Part shown: positions 10,518 through 20,288 of the stretch, in pieces | How the letters are laid out: each line of letters begins with the position of its first letter | How positions within the stretch are numbered: position 1 is the first letter of the stretch | From: Nitrospinaceae bacterium | GTDB lineage: Bacteria; Nitrospinota; Nitrospinia; Nitrospinales; Nitrospinaceae | Direction of reading: 5' to 3' | Assembly: GCA_965237905.1 (NCBI GenBank) | Contig: OZ250172.1 | Span: 2,304,001-2,368,000 of the forward strand | Length of the DNA: 64,000 nucleotides | The notes under the pieces: model-generated | The model's database searches: none | What the model was told of the DNA's origin: nothing | Seen by the model: only the letters and a program-made list of their open reading frames with translations | Program-made: the position numbers and the translations under genes

Positions 10518-12173
10518 ATGGAGCGCACCGGATTGAAAATTGCCCTGGCCCAGTTGAATCCCACCATCGGAGATTTTGAGGGGAACTCCCGGAAAATTAT
10601 ACAGGCCTGCCAGGATTCCGAGAAGGCGGGGGCCGGCCTCGTGGTTTTTCCCGAACTGGTTCTCACGGGTTATCCTCCCCGGGACCTTCTCTACAAGCCG
10701 GATTTGGTTTGCGAAGGACAAAAATCGTTGGAGTCCCTGGTGGCCCGTATTCAGGGTCCCGCCGTCCTGATGGGTCATGTCGGGAAACGCGAGAACGGAG
10801 CAGGCAAAGGTTTGACCAACTCCGCCGTGCTTTTCCAGAACGGTCAGGTATTGACTCAGGCCGATAAGGTGCTTCTACCTGCTTACGATGTTTTTGATGA
10901 AACCCGCTATTTTCAAGCGGCGCAGCACCCGGTGATTTACGAATTATCGGGGATTAAACTGGGCATCACTGTTTGCGAGGATATCTGGAACTTTCCCGGT
11001 TTTTACGATCAGGATATCTATCTTTCCAATCCGGTGGAGGAATTGGCTCAGGCCGGAGCGGATATCATCCTGAATGTCTCCGCTTCGCCTTACCGCGTGG
11101 GCCGCTGGCAAACCCGATTGAAACTGGGACAGCATATTGTGGACCGGTTCAAACTTCCTTTCGTGTTGGTCAACCAGGTCGGCGGCAATGACGACCTGCT
11201 GTTCGACGGCCACAGTTTCGCGTTGTCGGCCACGGGTGAGGTCATCGCGCAAGCCAAAGGATTCGAGGAGGATTGTGTTGTCGTGGACCTGGATCAGGGG
11301 CAGGGCGATGTTCGCCCCACGCCGGAATGCGACGAAGATGAAATGTTTCGCGGCCTGGTGATGGGCGTCCGCGATTATCTGAATAAATGCGGTTACAGCA
11401 AAGCGGTGGTGGGTCTTTCCGGAGGCATCGATTCCGCCGTGGTCGCGGCGATCGCCGCGGAAGCATTGGGGGCGGAGCAGGTGATGGGTATCAGCATGCC
11501 CTCCCAGTACACAGCCTCCCAGAGCATTTCCGATGCGGAACGCTTGGCCGGTAATCTGGGTATTACGTTTTCTGTCGTTCCCATCGAAAAGTTGTTTGAA
11601 GAATACAAAAAATCGCTGAGCCCGTTGTTTCCGGGTATGGCGGAAGACGTGACCGAGGAAAACATCCAGGCGCGCATTCGCGGCAACATTTTAATGGCCG
11701 TGTCGAACAAGTTGGGAAGCATGGTGCTTTCCACCGGCAACAAAAGTGAGATGTCGGTGGGCTATTGCACCTTATATGGAGATATGGCCGGGGGATTATC
11801 GGTGATTTCCGACGTGCCCAAGATGAAGGTGTACGCGTTGGCCAATTGGATCAACCGCAAAAGGGAAATTATTCCACGCGCTATTATCGAGCGGCCGCCG
11901 ACGGCAGAGCTAAAGCCCAATCAAACCGATCAGGACAGCCTGCCGCCTTACGAAGTACTCGATTCCATTCTGGAAGGATACGTGGAGAAGCACTGGTCGG
12001 TCGAACGGTTGATCAAAGAGGGGTACGAAGCCGAAATGGTCCGGCAGGTAGTGCGCCAAGTGGACCAAAATGAATACAAACGCAACCAGGCCGCCCCCGG
12101 CCTCAAGGTAACCGCCAAAGCTTTCGGGTCCGGCCGACGCAATCCCATCGCACAAAAATTTCGGTGGTACTAA
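10518..12173 (+). CDS. nadE: glutamine-dependent NAD+ synthetase
   Basis: Nitrilase domain (FPEL, K, VCEDIW) plus synthetase domain (GLSGGIDS, ENIQARIRG, TGNKSE, PPTAEL). Confidence 0.96.
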   Translation: MERTGLKIALAQLNPTIGDFEGNSRKIIQACQDSEKAGAGLVVFPELVLTGYPPRDLLYKPDLVCEGQKSLESLVARIQGPAVLMGHVGKRENGAGKGLTNSAVLFQNGQVLTQADKVLLPAYDVFDETRYFQAAQHPVIYELSGIKLGITVCEDIWNFPGFYDQDIYLSNPVEELAQAGADIILNVSASPYRVGRWQTRLKLGQHIVDRFKLPFVLVNQVGGNDDLLFDGHSFALSATGEVIAQAKGFEEDCVVVDLDQGQGDVRPTPECDEDEMFRGLVMGVRDYLNKCGYSKAVVGLSGGIDSAVVAAIAAEALGAEQVMGISMPSQYTASQSISDAERLAGNLGITFSVVPIEKLFEEYKKSLSPLFPGMAEDVTEENIQARIRGNILMAVSNKLGSMVLSTGNKSEMSVGYCTLYGDMAGGLSVISDVPKMKVYALANWINRKREIIPRAIIERPPTAELKPNQTDQDSLPPYEVLDSILEGYVEKHWSVERLIKEGYEAEMVRQVVRQVDQNEYKRNQAAPGLKVTAKAFGSGRRNPIAQKFRWY

Positions 12174-12223
12174 TCAGGGAGAGGTTCCGGTCGTGTGCTT
12201 GCTTGATGAGAAAAGGCGGGGTC

Positions 12224-13747
12224 TCAGGAAAAAAACGACTTGGCTTTTCCGACCGCATATTCCTGTTGTTCGGCTGTGACCTCGTTGGCGACCGGCAGGG
12301 CCAGGGTTTCCGCCGCCGCTTTTTCAGCTTCCGGAAAATCCCCTTGTTTGTGGCCGAGGTCCTTGAAACATTCCTGCAGGTGCAGGGGAACCGGATAGTA
12401 AATCTCACAAGCTACATTTTGACCGTTCAGGTATTCCCGCAACGCATCCCGTTTTCCATCGGCGACTCGAACGATGTACTGATTGTAAACATGCCTGGGG
12501 AAAATTTCCTTGGGCAGGGTCAGCTGGTCGGTGAGTCCAGACTTCTGGAAGAGTTTTTGGTAGCGTTGGGCGTTTGTGCGGCGGTCATCCACCCATCCCT
12601 CCAGATGGGGAAGCTTGGCGAGAATGACGGCCGACTGCAGGGCATCGATGCGGAAATTGCCGCCGACCATTTTGTGATAATACTTTGGTTCCATGCCGTG
12701 TACCCGAAGCACTTTCATTTTTTCGTAAAGTTCTTTGGAGCGGGTGGTGACCATTCCAGCATCCCCGAAACCCCCCAGGTTCTTGGTCGGAAAAAAAGAG
12801 AAACAGCCGAAGTCTCCCAAACCGCCGGCGCGTTGGCCTTTGAACTCCGAGCCGATCGCCTGACAAGCATCTTCGATGACCCACAGCTTATGTTTTTTCG
12901 CCAAATCCTGCAGAGGCGTCATGTCTACGCATTGTCCGTACAGGTGGACCGGCATGATGGCTTTGGTTTGGGTCGTGATAGCCGCCTTCGTTTGTTCTAT
13001 ATCCATGTTGAAGGTGACCGGATCGATATCCACAAACACCGGTTTGGCGCCCGTTCGCACGATCGAACCCGCCGTCGCGAAAAAAGTATATGTTGAGGTG
13101 ATCACTTCATCTCCGGGTCCGATGTCCGCCGCCATCAACGCCAACAGCAGGGCATCGGTGCCGGAGGAGACGCCGACCGCATACGGGACCTGGCAATAGG
13201 CCGCAGCTTGCTTTTCCAGTTCGGCCACCTTGGGACCCAGGATGAAATAGCCCGACCGCACCACGTCGAACATTTCCTGTTCCACAGCGTTCCATATTTG
13301 TGGGAATGTGGCGGGAATATTCAGTAAAGGAACCTTGTCTACTTTTGCGAGATCGTCTTTCAGGACTTGCGGTAATTCGTCCGGTTGCAGTGCGCGAATT
13401 CCTGATTGGGCGAAGACTTCCGGCTTCAGAGTGATGATCCCGTCCAGCTTGAACAATTCCACTGTGCGCACTGCCAGGGAATCCAGATAATCCATTTTCG
13501 AAGCGGGCGGCGTTTCCAGCATCTCGGACCCGGTGAGTGAGGCTACCGCAATTCCCTGAAGGACTTTATTGATAGAGGAATGAGCCGCATCTATTTTCAG
13601 GGTTTTGCTCAACTCCGAATGAATGGCTGCCAGAGAGTTCGACAGAACCCATCCCGCGGAATTTTTGTCCCGGCATTGTTCTAAAGTTTTGTGGTCGTTG
13701 CTGGTAATCGCTTGGGTGATAACAGTATGGTGTAGTAAAAATTGCAT
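12224..13747 (-). CDS. DegT/DnrJ/EryC1/StrS PLP sugar aminotransferase with ~130 aa degenerate PIN-like N-terminal extension
   Basis: SSGTDALL, PVHLYGQ, IEDACQAIG, SFFPTKNLG; likely start MQFLLH at 13747. Confidence 0.9.
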   Translation of the reverse strand: MQFLLHHTVITQAITSNDHKTLEQCRDKNSAGWVLSNSLAAIHSELSKTLKIDAAHSSINKVLQGIAVASLTGSEMLETPPASKMDYLDSLAVRTVELFKLDGIITLKPEVFAQSGIRALQPDELPQVLKDDLAKVDKVPLLNIPATFPQIWNAVEQEMFDVVRSGYFILGPKVAELEKQAAAYCQVPYAVGVSSGTDALLLALMAADIGPGDEVITSTYTFFATAGSIVRTGAKPVFVDIDPVTFNMDIEQTKAAITTQTKAIMPVHLYGQCVDMTPLQDLAKKHKLWVIEDACQAIGSEFKGQRAGGLGDFGCFSFFPTKNLGGFGDAGMVTTRSKELYEKMKVLRVHGMEPKYYHKMVGGNFRIDALQSAVILAKLPHLEGWVDDRRTNAQRYQKLFQKSGLTDQLTLPKEIFPRHVYNQYIVRVADGKRDALREYLNGQNVACEIYYPVPLHLQECFKDLGHKQGDFPEAEKAAAETLALPVANEVTAEQQEYAVGKAKSFFS

Positions 13748-13799
13748 AGAGTCCTTAATGGGAATGCCCGGCAAGAGCCGGAGGTTGGTTTGTCAATGT

Positions 13800-15104
13800 T
13801 CAGGCTTTGATGATTTTATCCGACTTGATTTTGGAGCAGGCGTTGCGGGTATCCACGACAAGACGGGATTGTTTGACGATGGCTTCGTAATCGTAATCCG
13901 AATGATCGGTTAGGATGACGGTGATGTCAAATTGGCCGATGCTTTCCAGAGAAACCCGTTTTTTGCCGGTGAACTGGGGGTACTCCCGTTTGATGCCGAT
14001 CGATTCAATATAAGGATCATGAAATTCCACTTCGGCTCCGTATTGTAGCAGGAGCTCCATGATTTTGTAACTGGGAGATTCGCGGTCGTCATCAATATTT
14101 TTTTTGTAGGCAAACCCGAGAATCAGAATGCGGCTGCCTTTCACACTGATTCCTTTTTCATTCAACGCCAGCAATATTTTATTGACGACGTATTCCGGCA
14201 TGGCCACGTTGATTTCACCGGCCAACTCGATAAATCGGGTAGTGATTCCGAATTCCCGCGCCTTCCACGTCAGATAGAATGGATCGATGGGAATGCAATG
14301 TCCGCCCAGGCCGGGGCCGGGATAAAAAGGCATGTAGCCGAACGGTTTCGTGCTGGCCGCCTGGATCACTTCCCAGATGTCGATTCCCATCTTGTCAAAA
14401 ATGACTTTCAATTCATTGACCAACGCAATGTTGACGGACCGGAAGATGTTTTCCATCAGTTTGGTGGCTTCCGCCGCCTGCGTGCTGGAAACGGGTACCG
14501 TCTTGTTGATGAACGAAAGGTAAAGTGTGTTGGCGCATTCCATGGCATATTCGGAATCGGCGCCGATGACCTTGGGGATGGTGCTGGTGGAGAAATCTTT
14601 ATTGTTGGGATCTTCCCGCTCTGGAGAGTACGCCACGTAAAAGTCCTGATTGGCCTTCAAGCCGGAACCCGATTCCAGTTCCGGAATCAGCACGTCACGG
14701 GTGGTGCCGGGATAAGTGGTGGACTCCAGGATTACCATCTGGTCTTTTTTAAGGTGAGGAGCGATCTCCCGGGCCGTTGCTACAATAAAACTCATGTCCG
14801 GTTCCCGGTTGGAATTCAAGGGGGTCGGGACACAGATCAAAATACACTCCAAGCTGGAGACGGAGGAAAAATCTGTGGTGGATTTGAATTGCTTCTGCTC
14901 CACCAGTTCCCGGAGGGTTTTCGATGGGATATGTTTGATATAGCTTTCTCCCCGGTTCAATTGGTCCACCTTGGCGGGGTCGATATCCAGTCCCACCACC
15001 TGGAATCCGGCCCGGCCGAATTCGATCACCAGCGGCAGGCCCACATAGCCCAATCCGATAATTCCTATCCGAGCCTGTTTCTGTTTGATTTGTTCCAGAA
15101 GCAT
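13800..15104 (-). CDS. nucleotide-sugar (UDP-GlcNAc/ManNAc) 6-dehydrogenase, WbpA/WecC-like
   Basis: GLGYVGLP, LESTTYPGTT, YSPERED, KLMENIFR, GGHCIPIDP, DDRESP. Confidence 0.93.
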   Translation of the reverse strand: MLLEQIKQKQARIGIIGLGYVGLPLVIEFGRAGFQVVGLDIDPAKVDQLNRGESYIKHIPSKTLRELVEQKQFKSTTDFSSVSSLECILICVPTPLNSNREPDMSFIVATAREIAPHLKKDQMVILESTTYPGTTRDVLIPELESGSGLKANQDFYVAYSPEREDPNNKDFSTSTIPKVIGADSEYAMECANTLYLSFINKTVPVSSTQAAEATKLMENIFRSVNIALVNELKVIFDKMGIDIWEVIQAASTKPFGYMPFYPGPGLGGHCIPIDPFYLTWKAREFGITTRFIELAGEINVAMPEYVVNKILLALNEKGISVKGSRILILGFAYKKNIDDDRESPSYKIMELLLQYGAEVEFHDPYIESIGIKREYPQFTGKKRVSLESIGQFDITVILTDHSDYDYEAIVKQSRLVVDTRNACSKIKSDKIIKA

Positions 15105-15437
15105 TCTATATACCGCCCCGACAAAGAGGCCGGGCCTGAGTTGAGGTGAAACCTTGATATTGAAATGATTGTACTATTGTTGTTCGATCCGGAAACCTGA
15201 TTTCCCCATGTCTTCAACGGAGATGGAGTCGGTACACCCGTCGGGCAGGGGGACCGATGATGCATTTGTTCCTTTATTAGTATAAAAGCAATTTCCATGA
15301 ATCAGGGTAGGGAAAAAGCAGTCCGGGCGGTAATTTTTACATTTTGAGGAATTTCCACCCCCAAACCGGGAAAATCTGGCAAAATGGTCTTGGATAATAG
15401 CCATCCCCGAATCAGAAACCAAGCCGAGGTGGGTTTG

Positions 15438-15605
15438 ATGATCGACGAAATCAATTATTTCCCTGAACGGGAAAACTACCAGAAAAAGAAAAAAGTCGAT
15501 GAGGACTGGAAGGAATTGAAAAAGCAGAAGATTTTTCACGATTCCAAAAAAACGAATAAGCCGGACGCTACCCGCAAACCCAAGCCGCCTCCGAAAAAAA
15601 AATAA
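15438..15605 (+). CDS. small Lys-rich hypothetical protein
   Basis: GAGGTG RBS-like sequence upstream of ATG 15438; MIDEINYFPERENYQKKKKVDEDWKE... Confidence 0.45.
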   Translation: MIDEINYFPERENYQKKKKVDEDWKELKKQKIFHDSKKTNKPDATRKPKPPPKKK

Positions 15606-15763
15606 TCCATTCCGAAATTCATTCTCTTTCTGAGGAATCACCTTCAAAAAACAGTTTTTTAAGTTTGGTTTATTCTGCTCTCCTATTATATAATTTCCGG
15701 GAAAATCCTACTATTTAAACCATTCACTTCATCCTTGGAGCCGTGTCAAACGGTTGATTTATA

Positions 15764-17035
15764 ATGAAATTACATATGCTATCCCTATTTAGAGTTTCCT
15801 CTTTTTTAATGATTGTCTGTTTGTTTTTACCTCAATCCCTTTGGGCTGATGAGAGGCCGTGGCTGGCCAAGGGCGATCAGGCGGTCATGGACCAAAAGTA
15901 TGGCCAGGCGGAGAGTCATTATTCCAAAGCCCTGAAGGCCGACCCCGAAAGCCCCAGAACTTTGCGCGCCCTGGCGGAGGTGAAAGTCGCCCTAAAAAAA
16001 TACAAAGAGGCAAAAGTCTTGATCGATAAGATACTGGCCATGCCCGTGGCCAATGGACGGGATGTCCTGGTGTTTTATAAAGGAGAATCTCAGGGACAGG
16101 AAGCCGAGTTGGTGGATGAATTGGTGATCTCCCCCCAGCGCATCAATAGCAACATGAGGAACTATCTCGATACCCAAAGCGACAAGCCGATTCCCCACTA
16201 CCGATTGTTTTTCAAAAAGAAGGGCAAGATGGAATTGGTGCCGCAAAGTGTGGTGCGCCTCAAGTATAAAGGTGTCCTGCGCCGGGTGTATGAACATGTT
16301 GAGGAACTGAACCGGGAGGTCAACCGGCACCTCATCGCGGCTAAGGGAAGCCGGGGCGCCGCCGAGATGGTAGTGCTCAAGGGCGGATGTTTCAAGATGG
16401 GAAATGACAAGGGGTTGCCCGACGAGCAACCGGCCCATGAAGTCTGCTTGTCTCCGTTCAAAATGGACAAGTACGAAGTGACGCAGGCTGAATTTCAATC
16501 CGTGATGGGGCTGGACAATCCCTCGCATTATTCCGGAGCGGAGTTCCCGGTCGACAGCGCCACCTGGTTCGAGGCGGATCGATATTGTAAAAAATTGAGC
16601 AAGCGTTTGCCTACGGAAGCCGAATGGGAATATGCCGCCCGCGGCGGAACCACCACCCGTTTCTATTGGGGGGATACCGTGAAAGGCAAGGAAGCCAATT
16701 TCTGCGACAAGAGCTGTGTGTTGAACACGCGGGTCGCATCCATCAGCGATGGTTATTCGGGACCCGCGCCGCCGGGAAAATTTCCCGCTAACCCCTACGG
16801 CTTGTACGATATGGCTGGTAACCTGGCGGAGTGGACCAACGATTGGATGAATGAAAATTATTACCGGAACAGCCCCAAAGACAATCCGCCGGGATCGCAT
16901 CCCACCACTGCCAAAGTGGTTCGGGGCGGCAGTTGGGAAAGCACCGCCGGGTTTTTGAGAAGTTCCAACCGGGCCGCTTACTGGGTCAAAATGCGCAACT
17001 ACGCCATCGGCTTCCGCTGCGTTTCCAGTTCGTGA
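15764..17035 (+). CDS. exported TPR + formylglycine-generating-enzyme (FGE-sulfatase/SUMF1) domain protein
   Basis: Signal peptide, TPR; MDKYEVT, RLPTEAEWEYAARGG, NPYGLYDMAGNLAEW, RGGSW, GFRC. Confidence 0.9.
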   Translation: MKLHMLSLFRVSSFLMIVCLFLPQSLWADERPWLAKGDQAVMDQKYGQAESHYSKALKADPESPRTLRALAEVKVALKKYKEAKVLIDKILAMPVANGRDVLVFYKGESQGQEAELVDELVISPQRINSNMRNYLDTQSDKPIPHYRLFFKKKGKMELVPQSVVRLKYKGVLRRVYEHVEELNREVNRHLIAAKGSRGAAEMVVLKGGCFKMGNDKGLPDEQPAHEVCLSPFKMDKYEVTQAEFQSVMGLDNPSHYSGAEFPVDSATWFEADRYCKKLSKRLPTEAEWEYAARGGTTTRFYWGDTVKGKEANFCDKSCVLNTRVASISDGYSGPAPPGKFPANPYGLYDMAGNLAEWTNDWMNENYYRNSPKDNPPGSHPTTAKVVRGGSWESTAGFLRSSNRAAYWVKMRNYAIGFRCVSSS

Positions 17036-17070
17036 TTTTTAGGGACGGGTCAGGAGCTGGGTTTGCCCTC

Positions 17071-18624
17071 TCATGCCGGGTTCAGGGCGGCCCGAACTTC
17101 TTCCCGGAGCTGGGTCTTTAGAATTTTCCCAACCGTGTTTTTGGGCAGGGTTTCATAGAATTGGAAATGGTCGGGAACGCTGAAGGGGGGCAGTTTCTCG
17201 CGGCAGTATTGTTTTAATTCCGACTCCGTTGCTTGCTGGCCTTCTTTCAAAACGACACAGGCCACGACCTGTTCCCCCAACCGTTGATGAGGAATTCCCA
17301 CCGCTGCGGCTTCCATGAGGGCCGGGTGATTGATCAGAACATTTTCGATGGCCAGGGGCGCGACGTTTTCTCCAGCGCGAATGATCAAATCCTTTTTTCT
17401 GCCTGCGGAGATATACAAACGGCCCTGTTCGTCGAGATGCCCCAAGTCTCCAGTTTTAAACCAACCGTCTGCGGTTAACGCCTCGCGGCTTTCTTCCGGG
17501 AGTTTCCAGTAACCCGACATCACCGTTGTCCCCTTGACAAAAATTTCTCCTACGTCGCCCGGCGGGACGGCTTGTCCCTGTTCGTCAACGATTTTCACCT
17601 GTACGTTGGGCAGTACCGGGCCGACGGAGCTCACCACGCTTCCCTCCTTTATCGTATTGACGGAAATCACAGGTGAGGTTTCCGTCAGGCCGTAACCTTC
17701 GAGGACGGTGACCTTCATCACATCTTCGACCTTATGGAGCAAGGCGTGGGGAAGTGCCGCTCCACCCGAAATGCAATAACGCAACGAGGAAAGGTTGTAT
17801 TCCCCGCGCGCCACCAGTTGCACCAGGAACGAATAGATCGTTGGGACAAGGGGAAGCACTGTAGCCTGATGCCGGTCGATGATGGACAAAATGGCTTTCG
17901 GTTGAAACTGAGGCAATAGGATCAATGTGCCCCCGACGCGGAGAATCAACAGCGCGATCATGTTGCCGAACGAATGGAACAGGGGGAGAGCCATGATTGC
18001 CCGATCTTCGCGTTGAAGCGGCAAATGAACCTCAACCCCTTTCGAGTTGGCGTCAAACATGCTTTCGTTCAATATCACACCCTTGGGTTTTGCGGTGGTG
18101 CCGGAAGTGTACATGATGACGTCTGGAATCCCTTCAGTGCGTGAATGGCGGGACTGCGCCTTATCCGGTTGGGCCGACTGGAGAAAGTCATCGAACGGGA
18201 TCGTGCCTTCAACGGGCAACCCTAAATCCGGAGCCGGAGAAGTGGTGATGCGCACTTTAAATTTCGAAAAAAAAGGTGCAGTCTCCGGTTTGATGAAAGC
18301 CGGGTTGACCACCAGATGATCCACCCCTGCGTCCTGGGTGATATAGATCAGATCCTCGGGTGTCAGCATAAAATTGTAGGGAACCACCGGCAGGCCCTTG
18401 AGCAGAGCGCCGAGAAGAGCGATCAGGTATTCTTTCTGATTGAGGCACAACAGACCCAATTTGCTGTCAGGTTTGAGCGCAAGAGAATCGAGCCCTCCGG
18501 CAAAGCGCTCCACCTGATCCAACAATTGGGCATACATGACCGTGGTTTCGCCATCGATAATAGCGGGATGGTCCGGTTGGGCTTCGGCGTGAGTTTTAAT
18601 GAATTGGTAAAATTCGAGAGCCAT
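17071..18624 (-). CDS. long-chain fatty-acid--CoA ligase / AMP-binding enzyme
   Basis: YTSGTTAKPKG, EGYGLTE, WFKTGDLG, LPKNTVGKILK. Confidence 0.92.
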   Translation of the reverse strand: MALEFYQFIKTHAEAQPDHPAIIDGETTVMYAQLLDQVERFAGGLDSLALKPDSKLGLLCLNQKEYLIALLGALLKGLPVVPYNFMLTPEDLIYITQDAGVDHLVVNPAFIKPETAPFFSKFKVRITTSPAPDLGLPVEGTIPFDDFLQSAQPDKAQSRHSRTEGIPDVIMYTSGTTAKPKGVILNESMFDANSKGVEVHLPLQREDRAIMALPLFHSFGNMIALLILRVGGTLILLPQFQPKAILSIIDRHQATVLPLVPTIYSFLVQLVARGEYNLSSLRYCISGGAALPHALLHKVEDVMKVTVLEGYGLTETSPVISVNTIKEGSVVSSVGPVLPNVQVKIVDEQGQAVPPGDVGEIFVKGTTVMSGYWKLPEESREALTADGWFKTGDLGHLDEQGRLYISAGRKKDLIIRAGENVAPLAIENVLINHPALMEAAAVGIPHQRLGEQVVACVVLKEGQQATESELKQYCREKLPPFSVPDHFQFYETLPKNTVGKILKTQLREEVRAALNPA

Positions 18625-18908
18625 ATTGCTTACAGAAAAGAGGGTTCCGAAGGCCGATCGAGCAGGCGGTTTACTAATAACACGGATTTACCGATAAGGA
18701 CAACATGCAAAAAGGTGTTATAAATATTTTACCCATCCTCTGCCCTGAAATTATCATCTAACAGGATGAAACATTTAATGGATCAAACATACTCAAAAAA
18801 AGGGGGCTCAGAAGTACCTACGTTTTTATTGTTATTTTTATTTATATTATTGTTTGTAATCGAATTACCGATATAAGATAATGTAATACAATCACTTTTA
18901 GGAAGACT

Positions 18909-20288
18909 ATGGCTCATTGGACACGACATACGGGATTCTGGAAAACCCTTGTGGGAAAACGGCTTTCCCTGGGGGCCGTCGCCGTGGTGCTGGCTTTTGT
19001 GTTGGCTTGCTCCCAGACGAAAACGGAGGAGTCCGCAAAAAAGAAAAACCGGGAGCTGGTCCTCCCGGTCCAAATCGGCAAGGTGGTCTTCAAGGATATC
19101 GTCGATGAAATCAATTCGGTGGGCAATGTCGTGGCGGAACAACGGGTGGTCATTACTTCCGAAGTGGAAGGGCGCCTTAAATCGTTACTTGTTGACGAGG
19201 GATCGAAAGTCAAGGAAGGGCAGGTGCTGGCACTCATCGATATCCGGGATTACCGCCTTCAGGTAGAACAGTTGCGAGCCGAGCAGATCAGCGTCCGGAA
19301 GGAATACGAAAAAACTTTAAGCGGCCTCCGCCCTGAAGACAAGGAAAAACTCCGGGCCCAGGTCCAGGCGGATCAGAGCTCCCTCGATCTCGCGGTTAAA
19401 GAACACAGGAGAATGGAACAACTGGTGCTGGATGGTGTGGTATCCCAATCGTTGTTGGATGAAGCCAACGACAAGGTGGCCCGCGCTCAGGAAACCCTGC
19501 GTTCCAGCAAGGCGGCGTCGATGGCGGGGGGGAAGTCCCGGCAAGAAGATATTTCGAAAAGTAAATCCAACTTGGACTCAGTCACCAAAAAACTGGAAAT
19601 GGCACAGTTGGATCTGTCCAAGGCCATCATTAAAGCGCCCTTTGATGGTGTGATCATCTCCAAAAAAATCGAGGTGGGTGCCTATGCCGGTTCTGGTACG
19701 GCTATTCTGGAGATGGTTGGATCTTCAAAACTGAAAGCGGTGTTGGAAATTCCCCAGAGTTATCGCGGCAAACTGGAGAAAATCAGCCGGATTGATTTCA
19801 AGGTGAACGAGTTGGGTCTTGGTTTCATTATGGATGAAAATCTGAAACAACAGGTGCGCGTGATTCCCGATGCCAACATTTTTTCGGGCAATATCAAAGT
19901 GCAGATAGAGTTGCCCGGCCATCTTAGGACCTTGTTCCCCGGATTGACCGTCGAAGCTCGCCTGCAGTTTGATACCCGCCGCCAAGTTAAGCATGTACCG
20001 TCCATTTCACTGGTGATCGGTGAAAAAGGAACGGTGGTTTATATTGTAGAAAATGAACATGCCAAGCTGGTTCCGGTGCGGGCATTCAAGGAACGAGACG
20101 GACTGGTGGAGATCGATGACTTCACCCATCAGTTGAATCGGGACATCCAATTGATCCAGCGTGGGTCCGGTGCGGTTTTCCCCGGGGTCAAAGTGTTGCT
20201 GACCAATCCCGAACCGAAGGCCGATCCTCCTTTCAATGCCGTCGAAAAAGGAAAACCCCGGCCCAAAGGCGGCCCACGGGGCACCTGA
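18909..20288 (+). CDS. RND efflux periplasmic adaptor (membrane fusion protein)
   Basis: Lipobox VLAC; biotinyl-like halves VDEGSKVKEGQVLA / IKAPFDGVI flanking a long coiled coil. Confidence 0.92.
   Translation: MAHWTRHTGFWKTLVGKRLSLGAVAVVLAFVLACSQTKTEESAKKKNRELVLPVQIGKVVFKDIVDEINSVGNVVAEQRVVITSEVEGRLKSLLVDEGSKVKEGQVLALIDIRDYRLQVEQLRAEQISVRKEYEKTLSGLRPEDKEKLRAQVQADQSSLDLAVKEHRRMEQLVLDGVVSQSLLDEANDKVARAQETLRSSKAASMAGGKSRQEDISKSKSNLDSVTKKLEMAQLDLSKAIIKAPFDGVIISKKIEVGAYAGSGTAILEMVGSSKLKAVLEIPQSYRGKLEKISRIDFKVNELGLGFIMDENLKQQVRVIPDANIFSGNIKVQIELPGHLRTLFPGLTVEARLQFDTRRQVKHVPSISLVIGEKGTVVYIVENEHAKLVPVRAFKERDGLVEIDDFTHQLNRDIQLIQRGSGAVFPGVKVLLTNPEPKADPPFNAVEKGKPRPKGGPRGT

Noticed and set aside
15105..15120. 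GGCGGTA upstream of the sugar dehydrogenase as an ops/JUMPstart element
   Set aside because: Incomplete match, located at the RBS position
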